A stretch of 64,000 nt of DNA from Perkinsela sp. CCAP 1560/9 (taxonomy: Eukaryota > Protista > Euglenozoa: Kinetoplastea): contig CBFFSA010000002.1 of the NCBI GenBank assembly GCA_965644495.1, positions 682,001-746,000 of the forward strand, written 5' to 3'. How positions within the stretch are numbered: position 1 is the stretch's first letter; each line of letters starts with the position of its first letter. Positions 1-11,491 of this stretch are shown here, piece by piece. The notes beneath the pieces were generated by a model. It made no database searches. It was not told the origin of the DNA and was given only the letters and a program-made list of their open reading frames with translations. The translations under genes and the position numbers were made by a program.

Positions 1-438
1 AACGCATCCGGACACGTGAGCAATTGCGCTGCTGGAGGTGAGGAGAACGTGGCACCCAGGACATTGTACCTTCGATGGTAGCAACGGATGCTCTATTCCG
101 AAACGGGGCATTATCGCCAACGTGAAAAGTCGCGAAGGAATGAATTTGGTGCAAGCGGTGAGCCAATTGTAATTCCCTTTCGCACTGGCCACACGAATGT
201 TATCAGCCTGACCCTTGTCTTTCATCAAAGACTCGCGCACTGCATTGTGGTGGACTTCTTCCGTAACCGCTTCATCAGTGAGAGGTCGTTGGCTGGAGAG
301 CGAGTTCAGCGCTGGCAAATCCATTAGAGTAGCGGGAGCTGAAAGATGAATTGGTCGCTCCATAACTGCTCGTTTGGATTTGAAGAACGCTGCTTCGCGA
401 ATCGGTTCAGTTGGGGTGAGCCCGAGTCCTCCTTTCTT
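1..438 (-). mobile_element. Fragment of CRE/SLACS/CZAR-clade non-LTR retrotransposon ORF (RT thumb to CCHC knuckle); runs off the window start and into the N gap
   Basis: The minus frame 438->1 is open (not in the ORF track): KKGGLGLTP...YNWLT...LFTLAIMPRFG...CPGCHVLLTSSSAIAHVSGC. This is the GGLGL thumb motif, WL..F..R and C-x2-C...H-x3-C that precede the restriction-like endonuclease in CRE-clade elements. Confidence 0.75.
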
Positions 439-439
439 C

Positions 440-639
440 NNNNNNNNNNNNNNNNNNNNNNNNNNNNNNNNNNNNNNNNNNNNNNNNNNNNNNNNNNNNN
501 NNNNNNNNNNNNNNNNNNNNNNNNNNNNNNNNNNNNNNNNNNNNNNNNNNNNNNNNNNNNNNNNNNNNNNNNNNNNNNNNNNNNNNNNNNNNNNNNNNNN
601 NNNNNNNNNNNNNNNNNNNNNNNNNNNNNNNNNNNNNNN
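440..639. other. Assembly gap (200 N)
   Basis: Run of N; contiguity across it is not established. Confidence 1.
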
Positions 640-1122
640 TGCAGTGATGCAGTGCAGCTGCAGTAGCACGTGAGAGAGTGAGAGTACTGCCACGTGAGGC
701 AGTGACTGCAGTGTAGCTGCAGTAGCACGTGAGAGAGTGAGAGTACTGCCACGTGAGGCAGTGACTGCATCGGCACTGTACCTACAGTGGCACGTGCGAG
801 AGTAAGAGTAGTGCCACGTGAGGCAGTGATGCAGTGTAGCTGCAGTGGCACGTGCGAGAGTAAGAGTAGTGCCACGTGAGGCAGTGACTGCAGTGTAGCT
901 GCAGTAGCACGTGAGAGAGTGAGAGTACTGCCACGTGAGGCAGTGACTGCAGTGTAGATACAGTGGCAGAGTGAGAGGCAATGCCACGTGAGGCAGTGAC
1001 TGCAGTGATGCAGTGCAGCTGCAGTAGCACGTGAGAGAGTGAGAGTACTACCACGTGAGGCAGTGACTGCATCGGCACTGTACCTACAGTGGCACGTGAG
1101 AGGGTCAGAGCACTGCCACGTG
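640..1122. repeat. Tandem repeat, ~55-67 bp variable unit rich in CACGTG/CTGCAG palindromes
   Basis: Unit gcagtgactgcagtgtagctgcagtagcacgtgagagagtgagagtactgccacgtgag repeated ~8 times with variants. Confidence 0.9.
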
Positions 1123-1177
1123 GGGCAATGACTCACGTTGAGTGAGTCCACTGAGTGAGTCCCACGGGGGTGGGAGA

Positions 1178-1455
1178 GTGTTGTGGAAGAGTGGCCAGCT
1201 GGCCATGTTGTGGAAGGGTGGCCAGCTGGCCATGTTGTGGAAGTGACCATGCTTTAGAAGTAGCCAATTTGTGGAAGGGTGGCCAGCTGGCCATGTTGTG
1301 GAAGGGTGGCCAGCTGGCCATGTTGTGGAAGGGTGGCCAGCTGGCCATGTTGTGGAAGGGTGGCCAGCTGGCCATGTTGTGGAAGGGTGGCCAGCTGGCC
1401 ATGTTGTGGAAGGGTGGCGAGCTGGCCATGTTGTGGAAGGGTGGCCAGCTGGCCA
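1178..1455. repeat. 27-bp minisatellite (ggccagctggccatgttgtggaagggt)
   Basis: ~9 near-identical copies; reads as VVEGWPAGH repeats in the frame that runs into the Pif1 fragment. Confidence 0.95.
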
Positions 1456-1499
1456 CCAAAAACACGGTTTGTGCTTCGTCGAAAAGTGGCCAGCTGGCC

Positions 1500-2749
1500 T
1501 TTCTGTTCCTGGGAAACCCGTGATGTGCCTAGTCAACCTATGCCCGCAGAGGCGACTAGTGAATGGTACGCTAATGATTGAAGATGAAATCATTGTAAAG
1601 AACGAGAAGACCAAAGAAGAATTAAGCTCATACATTAAAGAAAATGGAAGGCCTGGTAAAATTTTGGATTGCACAGCCTTCTCAATAGCTGGCATCTCGG
1701 CCTCAACAGTAGACGGAAATCTTTCGGCTGAATTTCGAAAAAGTGATATTGATGATGAGCTTGAAATTGGGTCTCTTACACCATTCACAAAGTACAGGGA
1801 GCTACTCTTACAGAAAATGTCTGCACAGACTTGAACCGCAGACCAACATGCTATCACAGCAAGATGTTATGTCATGCCTCGGTGTACGTGGCCCTCTCAA
1901 GAGTAAAAAGTGTGAGTCAACTTTGGTTACTCCCTGAAAGAAGTGATGGAGGCTTTAGCTACTTGGAAAACTTGCGACCCAACGCCGACGTTTCGAAATT
2001 CGTGAAACGTATGACGCAGAAGGAAGGCAATGAAAAATACGTACCTGAAAAAACTCTGTACCGTTGCCCTCCGCCATCTAAGAAAAAGAAACTGCAAAGA
2101 AAGGGGGAATACCCTATGTCGCGCGAAAGTGAAACTTACACGCGACCCCAGTTAAAAGATCGGACGCAAGACAATCAGTGGACACAACCTGGACAATTTA
2201 TACCGGACACAGTTATAAACACTTTAGGTTCAGTACTTTCAAGCCCGTCTGAAAGATATCAAGTATTGGATAGTTCTGTGGCAACTACGATTTTTAAGAG
2301 ATATGCCACATCAGTAGGGGATTTACCGGCAGAAATAAGAACAAGAATTTTCTTGGCTGACCGCACTGCCGTTCCATTCTTTTTCAATCAACACTTCGCT
2401 CTATGTGTTATCGTACCGCATGAAAATAAAGAAGGCGGAAAGTTACTTTGGTTCGATTCCCTGCCTAACCACAATCCGAGGAGAAGAACTGAAGTGCTCT
2501 TAGATGTGCAAACTGTTGCGGGAGATTATACAGGGCTCAACCTTGGTGCAAGATGATGGCACCAATGACTGTGCTTTATTCGTTTGCCGTTGGATGATTC
2601 AGTGCGCAACTCCAGGTCTCGAAACACCTCCTGAACTGTCTCGTACGGAACTTGCTCAGATCGTCAGCCGGGAATCGGTAGAAGCGGTATGGGCAAAAGA
2701 GCGAAGAACAAGAAATACAGTGGAACAAGAAATGTACAGTGGAAAATAG
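1500..2749 (+). pseudogene. Helitron-like remnant: C-terminal Pif1 helicase followed by a Ulp1/C48-like cysteine protease, frameshifted
   Basis: PGKPVMCLVNLCPQRRLVNGT (Pif1 2B region); after a frameshift SYTIHKVQGATL (motif V, ~1775-1810) and VYVALSRV (motif VI); then VPFFFNQHFAL...WFDSL and, after another frameshift, QDDGTNDCALFV (C48 His/Asp/Gln-Cys). Confidence 0.75.
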
Positions 2750-3096
2750 AAAAAAAATTAGAGTAAATTGATACGAAAATCACATTCATTTTGAATACCT
2801 TCTTCGTGAGAAGAGGGTCCTCAGACAATTATCTCTCGCCTTGACGTGGCGTCTGAGCTTAATGCCTGTTGGCTAACCAAGCAGAGATACATAAAGAACT
2901 GTCAACGAACGAAATGTTCCGTATGCACGACCTGGTGTAAGTGTTGGGGGAACCTCGGTTCCGTCTCACTGAGCCAGTGAACGTGCCCATAGGTGCACTT
3001 TTGCATTATTAAAGTACAACATAAAGGGCTCAATGCTTAACATAAACAAGACGTAAGTAGACTCGAACATAGACCTCCCAGAGGCAAAATGTTAGC

Positions 3097-3658
3097 CGGG
3101 CGGGCCCCTCAAAAAAAAGATTTCAGAAGCTTGTTTCCTTCAAGATTACTTGTCACGAGGTAAAGCACTCCCCGCGCCAGCGGGTCTGCACCGCCTCGAA
3201 GGTCCCGCCGGGCGGGCCCTTCAAAAAAAAGATTTCAGAAGCTTGTTTCCTTCAAGATTACTTGTCACGAGGTAAAGCACTCCCCGCGCCAGCGGGTCTG
3301 CACCGCCTCGAAGGGCCCGCCGGGCGGGCCCTTCAAAAAAAAGATTTCAGAAGCTTGTTTCCTTCAAGATTACTTGTCACGAGGTAAAGCACTCCCCGCG
3401 CCAGCGGGTCTGCACCGCCTCGAACGGCCCGCCGGGCGGGCCCTTCAAAAAAAAGATTTCAGAAGCTTGTTTCCTTCAAGATTACTTGTCACGAGGTAAA
3501 GCACTCCCCGCGCCAGCGGGTCTGCACCGCCTCGAAGGGCCCGCCGGGCGGGCCCCTCAAAAAAAAGATTTCAGAAGCTTGTTTCCTTCAAGATTACTTG
3601 TCACGAGGTAAAGCACTCCCCGCGCCAGCGGGTCTGCACCGCCTCGAACGGCCCGCCG
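3097..3658. repeat. 112-bp tandem array, 5 copies, each with a GC hairpin and A8 run
   Basis: gatttcagaag recurs at 3119, 3231, 3343, 3455 and 3567; hairpin gggcccgcc-g-ggcgggccc is followed by tcaaaaaaaa. Confidence 0.95.
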
Positions 3659-3661
3659 TAT

Positions 3662-3866
3662 AACCCAGATTGAAAGGGGCGAGGGAGATACGAAGCAACA
3701 GGCGTGGCAGATTCCCACTGAAAAGAAATGGTATCTCCCGCACGAAGTTTGTCTCCGAGCTAGAAAGCACAAAGGCTTTTCTCGTGCGGGGAGATACCAT
3801 TTCTTTTCAGTGGGAATCTGCCACGCCTGTTGCTTCGTATCTCCCTCGCCCCTTTCAATCTGGGTT
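3662..3866. repeat. Near-perfect foldback (~83-bp arms), MITE-like
   Basis: aacccagattgaaagggg...ctcccgcacga (3662-3744) is the reverse complement of 3782-3866 apart from one extra G. Confidence 0.9.
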
Positions 3867-4104
3867 TAATAGTAAATGTTTGTTTAGTTTCTCCTACCTT
3901 CATGTTAACATTGTTTTTGATTTTTAACAATTGAATGAGTTTCTGTAAAAAAAGTGGTCGCTATTTCTTTCGTTGAATTTCTAGAACTCGCGTTTTCACC
4001 AAGTCTTTTCTTCCATATAAATTCAACCAGGACCGGTGGGATCGGCCGGGATCGTAAATCTCTAGTTTCAGCCCTCTTATACGCCTCGGATGTGCACCCA
4101 TCAT

Positions 4105-4852
4105 TCATCTCAACTGCATTCCAGGGCCTTCTGACAGAACGCATACTGCAGAGGTTGTTCTTCGATGTATCGCTCCGGAGTCGACTGCGAGGCTGACAAA
4201 TCGACCGCGAAGATGTGAACAAATTTCGGAGCGACACTTGTCCTTTAGGTCCAAGGTCAAATCATTTATGGTATTTTCCCCTGGAACGCAACGAAGCCCT
4301 TTCGTTACTATCGATTTGAAATTCGGATCCTGAATAGCAGCGTTAGGAATACCGTGATCACACTTCCAAAGAAGAAGCCGTTCAAATTCCTGGAGCTGTG
4401 GCCGCACAGTGAATGCTACCAGGGTGCCTTGCTCAGACCGCTTCCGTTGCTGTGTTGTATGAAGCCACTCTTCATACGTACGTCAAGCTATGATTTTTAA
4501 TGAGATGTGTCAAAGCAGCTGCGTACGAAACTCGGATGCCCTTTTCGCAAGCAAAACGCCTTTTGTCTGGACCAGAGCACTTCTGACATTCAAATATGTG
4601 AGCTTCCTTATCGACTTCAAGAAAGTGAGTAGCTACAAACCCGGCCTGACTCTCGTCGTTGCGACGTTTGTTGGGCATATGATGAGAAAAATAGTGAGAA
4701 ATCTTTCAAGAAAACGTGAGTGATAAAAAGAAATTGCGTCGAGTCGGCATTTCAAACAATACTTTCAGAAAAAAGCTACTCAGAAAAATAGTAAAAAAAT
4801 ATAGTTTTTATATAGTTTCTATATAGTGTTTCAAAGTATTGAGGGAAGCCTG
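4105..4852 (-). mobile_element. hAT-like DNA transposon remnant (BED finger + N-terminal catalytic region, frameshifted)
   Basis: HF...FECQKC...LTHLIKNH (BED zinc finger, 4678-4472); GIPNAAIQDPNFKSIV and RFVSLAVD (first catalytic Asp context); terminus CAGGCTTCCC at 4852 on the minus strand with tatagt subterminal repeats. Confidence 0.6.
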
Positions 4853-4900
4853 GGAAGGTTTCAACCCCCTAAGTAGGGGGGTACAGTAATAAAATATATA

Positions 4901-5224
4901 CTGTACCCCCCCTGTTTATAATAGCCTCGACCCCTCCCCCCCTTTATAGGTTCTTTTTTTGGGCAAACCGAGCAAATGTTTTTTTTAATTTTCTTGCGCC
5001 GTCTTAAATATTTTGATATTTTCACATGGTTCTTCGAGGTATGGCGCGGAGTCGTGTTGGTCATTTTACTTTGCCAGAGTGCCGGGGCCCACTTAGCGAT
5101 TGGGTAATTATTGGTTCCTCGCTCCCAAATGTAGGGCGATTTCTGTGCCAACCTTTAATCGCCCCCCCCCTTTATAGGTTTATTTGGGCAAAAGCGAGGC
5201 TATTATAAACGGGGGGGGGTACAG
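4901..5224. mobile_element. Tc1/pogo-type MITE
   Basis: TIRs ctgtacccccc..gtttataatagcctcg / cgaggctattataaacggggggggtacag; TA on the left flank. Confidence 0.7.
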
Positions 5225-5303
5225 CAAAAGTTTTAGTGTTTACTTTAAGTAGGTTTTTCATATTAAACTCGGTAATTTTTACTAGATAAATATTTTGATT
5301 GAG

Positions 5304-5813
5304 ATGCATGTACCTCCTCTGCCTTATCGTACCATATTGCCTCTACGGGCGCCATTATTCCTTTTTAGCCACCGCCATTATCTGAAAACAAATCACAGTC
5401 GATTCGCTTTCTACTTGAATAAGTACGGGACTCGGAAATTTCCTCCTTATCGGCACCCGCATAATTTTGCTCTTTCACGTGCAGTCTCTCTGAATCCCCA
5501 AAATTACTGGTCTAGACATGTGAGCAAGAATACAACTGGCTGGGTTCCTGGTTCGAATTATATTACTGGAGACTGGACACAAAAGTTTTTTGTTGATCAT
5601 CATCAAATGTATACCCTACGCCACGTCACTTCCGGTGTTCAATTCCGCATTCGACGCTATCCGATATGTCACCAGTTTCGCAATCCTTCGAGGTATTTAA
5701 TAGGAAAGGGAATGTTCGCGTGGTCAAGGGGCCAGCCTGGGGTAATTGATGAAGCAACACTTACTAAAAATCAGCGAGCAGCACTGGTGAAAAAGGGGTA
5801 TCTTAGCGCCTGA
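5304..5813 (+). CDS. Hypothetical basic protein (169 aa), possibly mitochondrial
   Basis: Clean ORF on the gene strand after an AT/pyrimidine tract; Arg/His/Tyr-rich with an acid-free N-terminus; no family recognised. Confidence 0.65.
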   Translation: MHVPPLPYRTILPLRAPLFLFSHRHYLKTNHSRFAFYLNKYGTRKFPPYRHPHNFALSRAVSLNPQNYWSRHVSKNTTGWVPGSNYITGDWTQKFFVDHHQMYTLRHVTSGVQFRIRRYPICHQFRNPSRYLIGKGMFAWSRGQPGVIDEATLTKNQRAALVKKGYLSA

Positions 5814-6810
5814 TAATTTGGATGAAAGTGGTTTCAAAATAGGCTTCATAGTGATAGGGTTAGACTGCAAGTCTTGGGTGCCACGAATCGTCATGGATCG
5901 TCACGTGCTAGCCATTTTTTTACATGTAATATACCCCCCCCACTTACAGGGGGGTGCAGCTAAATCTCAGGGGATCCAAATTCGTATATCTTCGCCAATT
6001 TTGGAAAATAATAGCTCATTTGAGAGCTCTCGCAAATCCCTCTGGTGGAAAGGTCGTTTCCCGTAGTTATTCATTTTTTATAAAGCCCGCCCAACGAAAA
6101 GTCACCCCCCACTTTTTTTTTGGCCAAGTGGCCGTTTGAGCTCATTTTTGTTGCATTTTGAAGATCTCACCATAGGAACTTTGTGCACCTAAGAGTGGGC
6201 TGAAACAAAGATCAACTAGCGTTTCTAGATTACAATTACCATTTTGTCACTTTTTCGCCTTTGAGTTCTATACACTTCTTAAGGCGAGCATCAAAACTCA
6301 AAAAAGTTTTATCGATCACCTTTTGTGGCAAACGAGACCACGCTTTGCGTATACATCGGATAAGTGAAGGTTTATCCGATGGAGTCTTTTCGTCCACCGC
6401 ATCCTGGACCATGGACCAAACGTTTTCTATGGGGGAAAGGTCAGGTGAATTGGGGGGCCAATTTTTAAGTACATCATTTATTCTACCCGTAATGTACTCC
6501 ATAGAGGCACGGGCAGTGTGTGCTGTAGCCCCATCTTGTTGAAAGATACAATTCTGTGTAAATTGTACTTTCTTCAACGTCTTTACATAAGATATGCTCG
6601 TGATCGACTAGTCCTTATCCAGAACAACTACACCCCTGGGCAGCTTCATTTACCCCCCCCCTACAGGTCTTGCATTTTGTTCGATTTCGGAAATATTTGG
6701 TATGGGACTGTTTTTCGCTCCGATCGTCTCGAATCCGCGGTCCTTTTCATGATTGAAACAATATTTTTTTACTAAAATGACTAGACAATTTTTGATGGTG
6801 TATATTATTA

Positions 6811-7655
6811 TTAGAAGTCACTCATGCTGCGTGCTTCGCGTTGAAAACTACCGCCGCGTTTAACGAAGAGCCTAAAAAAGAAAATTTAGCCTGGAAAACG
6901 GAAAGATTATAGCCAAAAATAGCCGAAATTCGGGTAAAAATGGGGTGATTTTCGCGTACATTTGCTCTCAGAGCACTAAATCCGACATTTGCGCGTGGGA
7001 AATCACTCGTAGGCATGAATGAAAGCCTACCGAACGTATTGGGTAGAGAATGCGACTCCAACCATACCATTCTTTCGACACAAAAATGCCCCTTTAGGTC
7101 CGAAAAATACTTTTTCACCTTTTTTAGTCAAAAATGGGTCATTTTGGGGGGCGCACCACAGTTCGAAGAAGTGATACCTTGCGAAAACAACTGCGTAGAA
7201 AGCTAGTGTAGGTCCCAAACTATCAAAATACAATAGGGGAAACGATTTTGGAAAAATATTTTTTTTGTCATTTTTTTCGCCAAGTTGAAATTTTTTTCAA
7301 AAAATTTTTTCCGAAAAAATCAGAACTTGGCGGACCCGTCCTGCGGATACGCGGGGGGGTCACCCCCGGGTAGGGGGGTGGAAAATGCGCGCCAAGACCC
7401 CGGCTACCCTTTCTGCGGTTTTTTTTCGAAAACTAATTTTTTCGAAAAAATTTGCTCGACCATGCCCCCCCCCTGGACCCCCCCCATGGACCCCCCATTT
7501 TTTTCAATTTTTTTTTTCAGTTTTGGACCACCGGAGCCCCCTTTTATATTTTTTTCTTCTATTATATTACTGTGTTCCCCTTTATATTTTCACTGTTTTT
7601 GTTCACTTTTTTTCAATAATCGAGTGTAGAGCGGTAGTTTTACAACTACCGCAAT
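6811..7655. repeat. Copy of the dominant dispersed non-coding repeat family
   Basis: Runs from ttagaagtcactcatgctgcgtgcttcgcgttgaaaac to gagcggtagttttacaactaccgcaat; homologous to 47558-48420 (inverted), 13340-15270, 54365-54755, 58330-58810 and smaller pieces. Confidence 0.9.
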
Positions 7656-7800
7656 ATCAATGTGCTATATGCATTATCAATGTGCTATATGCATTATCAA
7701 TGTGCTATATGCACTATCAATGTGCCGCTTAGTATACATTATCAATGTGCTATATGCATTATCAATGTGCCGCTTAGTATACATTATCAATGTGCGGGCG
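7655..7800. repeat. 20/27-bp tandem repeat (atcaatgtgctatatgcatt)
   Basis: Direct tandem copies visible. Confidence 0.9.
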
Positions 7801-7912
7801 CCCCCCCCTGGACCCCCCCCCTGGACCCCCCCCTGGACCCCCCATTTTTTTCAATTTTTTTTTTCAGTTTTGGACCACCGGAGCCCCCTTTTATATTTTT
7901 TTTTCTATTATA

Positions 7913-8843
7913 ACCCCCCGCTCACGAATAAGTGACCCCCCCTTATTTTTAGCACATGGGGGCGTGGGTGGGTTATCATACCACTGTTTCGTTCAAAATT
8001 TCGAGATCTGCACGTTCCCGCTGTTTTTAGCTCATTTTAAAATTTTAAAATTTAGTCAAAAAAAATAATTGGCTTTTCAACTTTTTTTTCCAAAAATGAC
8101 CAAATCACCATATCGGTTTCCAAAAGGGGCGCTTACGGATAGTGGTAAGGTTCTTTTGAAGATGAGACATGGAGAAGGTGTTCCGATAAAACAATTATCC
8201 CGTGATTTTAACGTCTCTAGAAGGATAATCAAAAAATATCTGAACGAAAAAAATCTAGCGGGGAATACACTTTGAGTCCTGTGGGTGGAGGTATTTCGTT
8301 ATTCTACCAAATGACACATCTATTACAAGTAAGACGTACATAGAAACATCAAAACAGGTAGATTTCCCCCCTAATAGTGTATTTCAACAGGATGGGGCAA
8401 CGGCACATACTGCCCGTGCCTCCAAAGAGTATATTGAGAATCGAATGAGTGATGTTCTAAGAAACTGGCCCCCCAACTCGCCCGACCTTTCCCCCATAGA
8501 AAACGTCTGGTCTATGGTCCAAGAGGCGGTAGACGAACAAACGCCATCGGACAAGCCTTCACTTATCCGATGTGTACGTAAAGCATGGTCTTCTTTAACT
8601 CAAAAAGTGATCGACAAAACAGTATTAAGTTTTGATTCTCGACCTAAGGAGTGTATAAGATTGAAGGGCGAAAAAGTGAAAAAATGTTAATTATTCTCTA
8701 AATTGTGCGTATTCGTTTCTTTTTGTCTCATTTCTTCACGCGCAAAGTCCTTGTGTTGAGATCTACAAAATGCAACAAAAATCAGCTCAAACGGACATTT
8801 GTACGAAAAAAAAGAGGGGGGTCACTTTTCGTGAGCGGGGGTT
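7913..8843 (+). mobile_element. Internally deleted copy of the DD35E Tc1 family
   Basis: TIRs acccccgctcacgaa(t/a)agtgacccc at both ends with TA flanks (7911-12, 8844-45); keeps the N-terminal HTH (MTKSPYRFPKG...) and C-terminal FQQDGATAH...WPPNSPDLSPIENVW. Confidence 0.85.
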
Positions 8844-11491
8844 TATTACTGTGTTCCTCTTTATATTTTCACTGTTTTTGTTCACTTTTTTTTCAATAAT
8901 CGAGGGTAGAGCGGTAGTTTTACAACCACCGCAATAATCGAGGGTAGAGCGGTAGTTTTACAACCACCGCAATAACCAATGTGATAACCTTTCTTTTCTA
9001 CCACCAATTTAAGTCGTTTGCGGAAGTCTACCGTACGCCGTTTTTGGCGAGGTGGGGTGGAAACGTGTTGGTGCTTTTCAAAGTGCCGCACCCAATATCT
9101 TACTCCATTCCTGGAGATTTTGAGCTCATTAGCTACAGCACGTAGGGATTTTAGTTCCTTGTAGCGTGCTATGATGAGAGTTCGCCTTTCTGGTGAAATA
9201 CGCTGATTCGGGAGGGAAGAAGCCCGATATCGTTTGACCATTGAGGAAAAAACAGAAAAAAAGTAGATTTTTCTAGGGTGGGCAAAAAAAATTGACTTTT
9301 TGGACAAAAATTTTAAGGTCTCGGAGCAAATCAAGGTCGCTCGAGTGAAAACGACCGCGGATTCGAGACGATCGGAGCGAAAAACAGTCCCATACTAAAT
9401 ATTTCCGAAATCGAACAAAATACAAGACCTGTAGGGGGGGGGGGGGTAAATGAAGCTGCCCAGGGGTGTAGGTGTCTCCAACCTACACCTATAGCCCCCC
9501 AAACTTGACATTTCGGCGCCCAGTGTACTTTTTGACGTGGGGCCGCTGTTTGACCGGGCGCTACCCACATATTTTTTCGACTGTCATTAGTGTCGAATAT
9601 TTTTTCATCAGTGAACACAACACTGGATGTGTCCATGTTGCAATTTTGAGAAAATCGTACTCTTTTTATTTTTTGTAGCTCCGTGAGGCCTTGGCACAAA
9701 GGCCGAGCGCCGTAATTATATCCCATGGCCTCTAGATCATTGAGTACCGTATTTTTTGACACTTTTATGCCACTTTTATTTAGTTTTGCTTTTATTCGAC
9801 GAGCTGAATTCACTTTTGGAACACCGGCGGGGTCGAGAGGATCAAGAACTTTCTTAATTTTTTCTCTTCGATACTGAATACTTTTTTTGCGTTCGGGACT
9901 CATTGTGTACTGTGGGGTGGGTTTTTTTTCTTTCAAATATTTTCTTACCATTTTAGCTGAAACATTGAAATCGCGGGACAATTGCTTTTTTGAGACTCCT
10001 TGCCCGTCTCTCATCCTCAAAAGAACCTTCCCGCTATTCGTAAGCCCCCCTTTCGGCAGTCGGTATGCGGATTTAGGCATTTTTTCGAAAAAAACAATTC
10101 CTTTTTTTGTAATTTTTTTAACATTTTAAAATGAGCTAGAAATAGCGGGAACGTGCAGATCTCGAAATTCTGAACGACAAAGTGGTATGATAACCCACCC
10201 ACGCCCCCTGTGCTAAAAATAAGGGGGGGTCACTTATTGTTTGTGGAGTACTTATTGTTTGGGGGTCACTTTTGCTTGTTTGAGGTAATTTCAGTGGCAT
10301 TTTACAGATCTCAGTTTTCGGGCATTATGTCCTCCAACACTTGGTCACTAACCTTATATACCCCGCGTTTTTTATTATTCCAAAATATTATTATATTCGG
10401 TATTTATAATTCTAATTTGATATATTAAAAGCTACCAGTGCAAAGACATACAACTCTGCGAGAGCTCTCCAATGCGCTATTAATTTCCGAAATTGAATTT
10501 TTTTTGTAAATTTTAGACCCCCCCCAGATGGAAGTTTTCACCCCTGTATGTAAGCGTGTAAGAACTCGTCTCGAGTAAGAAGCCTCTCGAGTAAACGTAC
10601 GCTTTCGGAGTGCTGGATGCGATACTTGCATTGCAGCCACATTTTCGAGGGGGTATAACGGATCTTTATCGGTCGCCCAGCAACCTCGATGCGGTCCAAT
10701 GCCTTCGGCCAGTGGTAGTGAGTAAGTTACCTCCGATTCTCTTGGAGTTTTTTTTCGTCACACCAAACTACTAGTATATGAATCGAAAAAGGAAGACTCT
10801 CAGTAACAGGATTCCATAATCTTGGGACCCCGTTGGCATTAATTGTCCCCAATGCAAAACAAATACGGGTTACTAGAATAGCCCGTTCTAGTGATTATTC
10901 AGACCGTATATTGCCTATCACTGCCAAAGTGGGTTTCTAGAGCTCCTACAAGTGTTTGGCGTAGAATGAATTCGTGCTCAAAAATGAGTTCATTGAACTT
11001 CAGAATCTCATTCAGAGCGTGCTCTCGGTCACTTTCACTCACTTCGAATATGGAGTGAAACAAGAGAACCTTTTTCTCAACCCACCTTTTTGATGGTCTA
11101 CCGCCAACCGAGGAAAAGTCGGCTATTGAGGAAGACCCGCTCGATGACCGTTTTCGAGACATCATTGAAAAGGATTAAGTAGTGACAGGCCGCTGAAAAC
11201 AAATAGAAATAACAAAAAAGAGAAAACAAAAAAAATACGAGGCCAAAAAAATTATCGATCGAATTGATCGAAGTTGCATTTATAGTTACTTATGAAAGGC
11301 ATAGGAATTATGAGTCACAAGGGAGTAAAAGTGCTAGTTCGAGGCGTATTTATAATTACTGTACCCCGCTACTTAATTGTCACCCCTCGACCCCTCCCCC
11401 CTATTTAATTGTCCTTTTTGACAAAACCTTGGACACGGGGCGCCGCGAAGCGGCGGCGTATTTTTTTTTCATTTTTTCATTTTCTAGTATA

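Larger units (their letters stand above)
6631..9468 (-). mobile_element. Second TIR element (Tc1/mariner-like) inserted at TA inside the DD35E transposase
   Basis: ~120-bp TIRs beginning CACCCCTGGGCAGCTTCATTTACCCC; TA duplication at 6629-6630 and 9469-9470; retains an HTH-only transposase start (MVKRYR...SLRAVANELKISRNGVRYWV, ~9241-8980). Solo ends of this TIR at ~28460-28500 and ~47160-47270. Confidence 0.85.
6083..10240 (-). mobile_element. Tc1/IS630-superfamily transposon (DD35E) split by a nested insertion
   Basis: N-half 10080-9471 (HTH; VVFTDEKIF; VWGAIG) rejoins at a TA to C-half 6628-6236 (FQQDGATAH...WPPNSPDLSPIENVW; 35 residues between D and E); one in-frame TAG. Left TIR aagcccgcccaacgaaaagtcacccccc follows TA; right end degenerate at ~10240. 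Confidence 0.85.

Noticed and set aside
324-1581. Repeat-encoded ORFs (e.g. 308 aa, 250 aa)
   Set aside because: Translations of minisatellites or spanning the N gap.
640-3658. Tandem arrays as CRISPR-like repeats
   Set aside because: No unique spacers and no cas genes; the context is eukaryotic.
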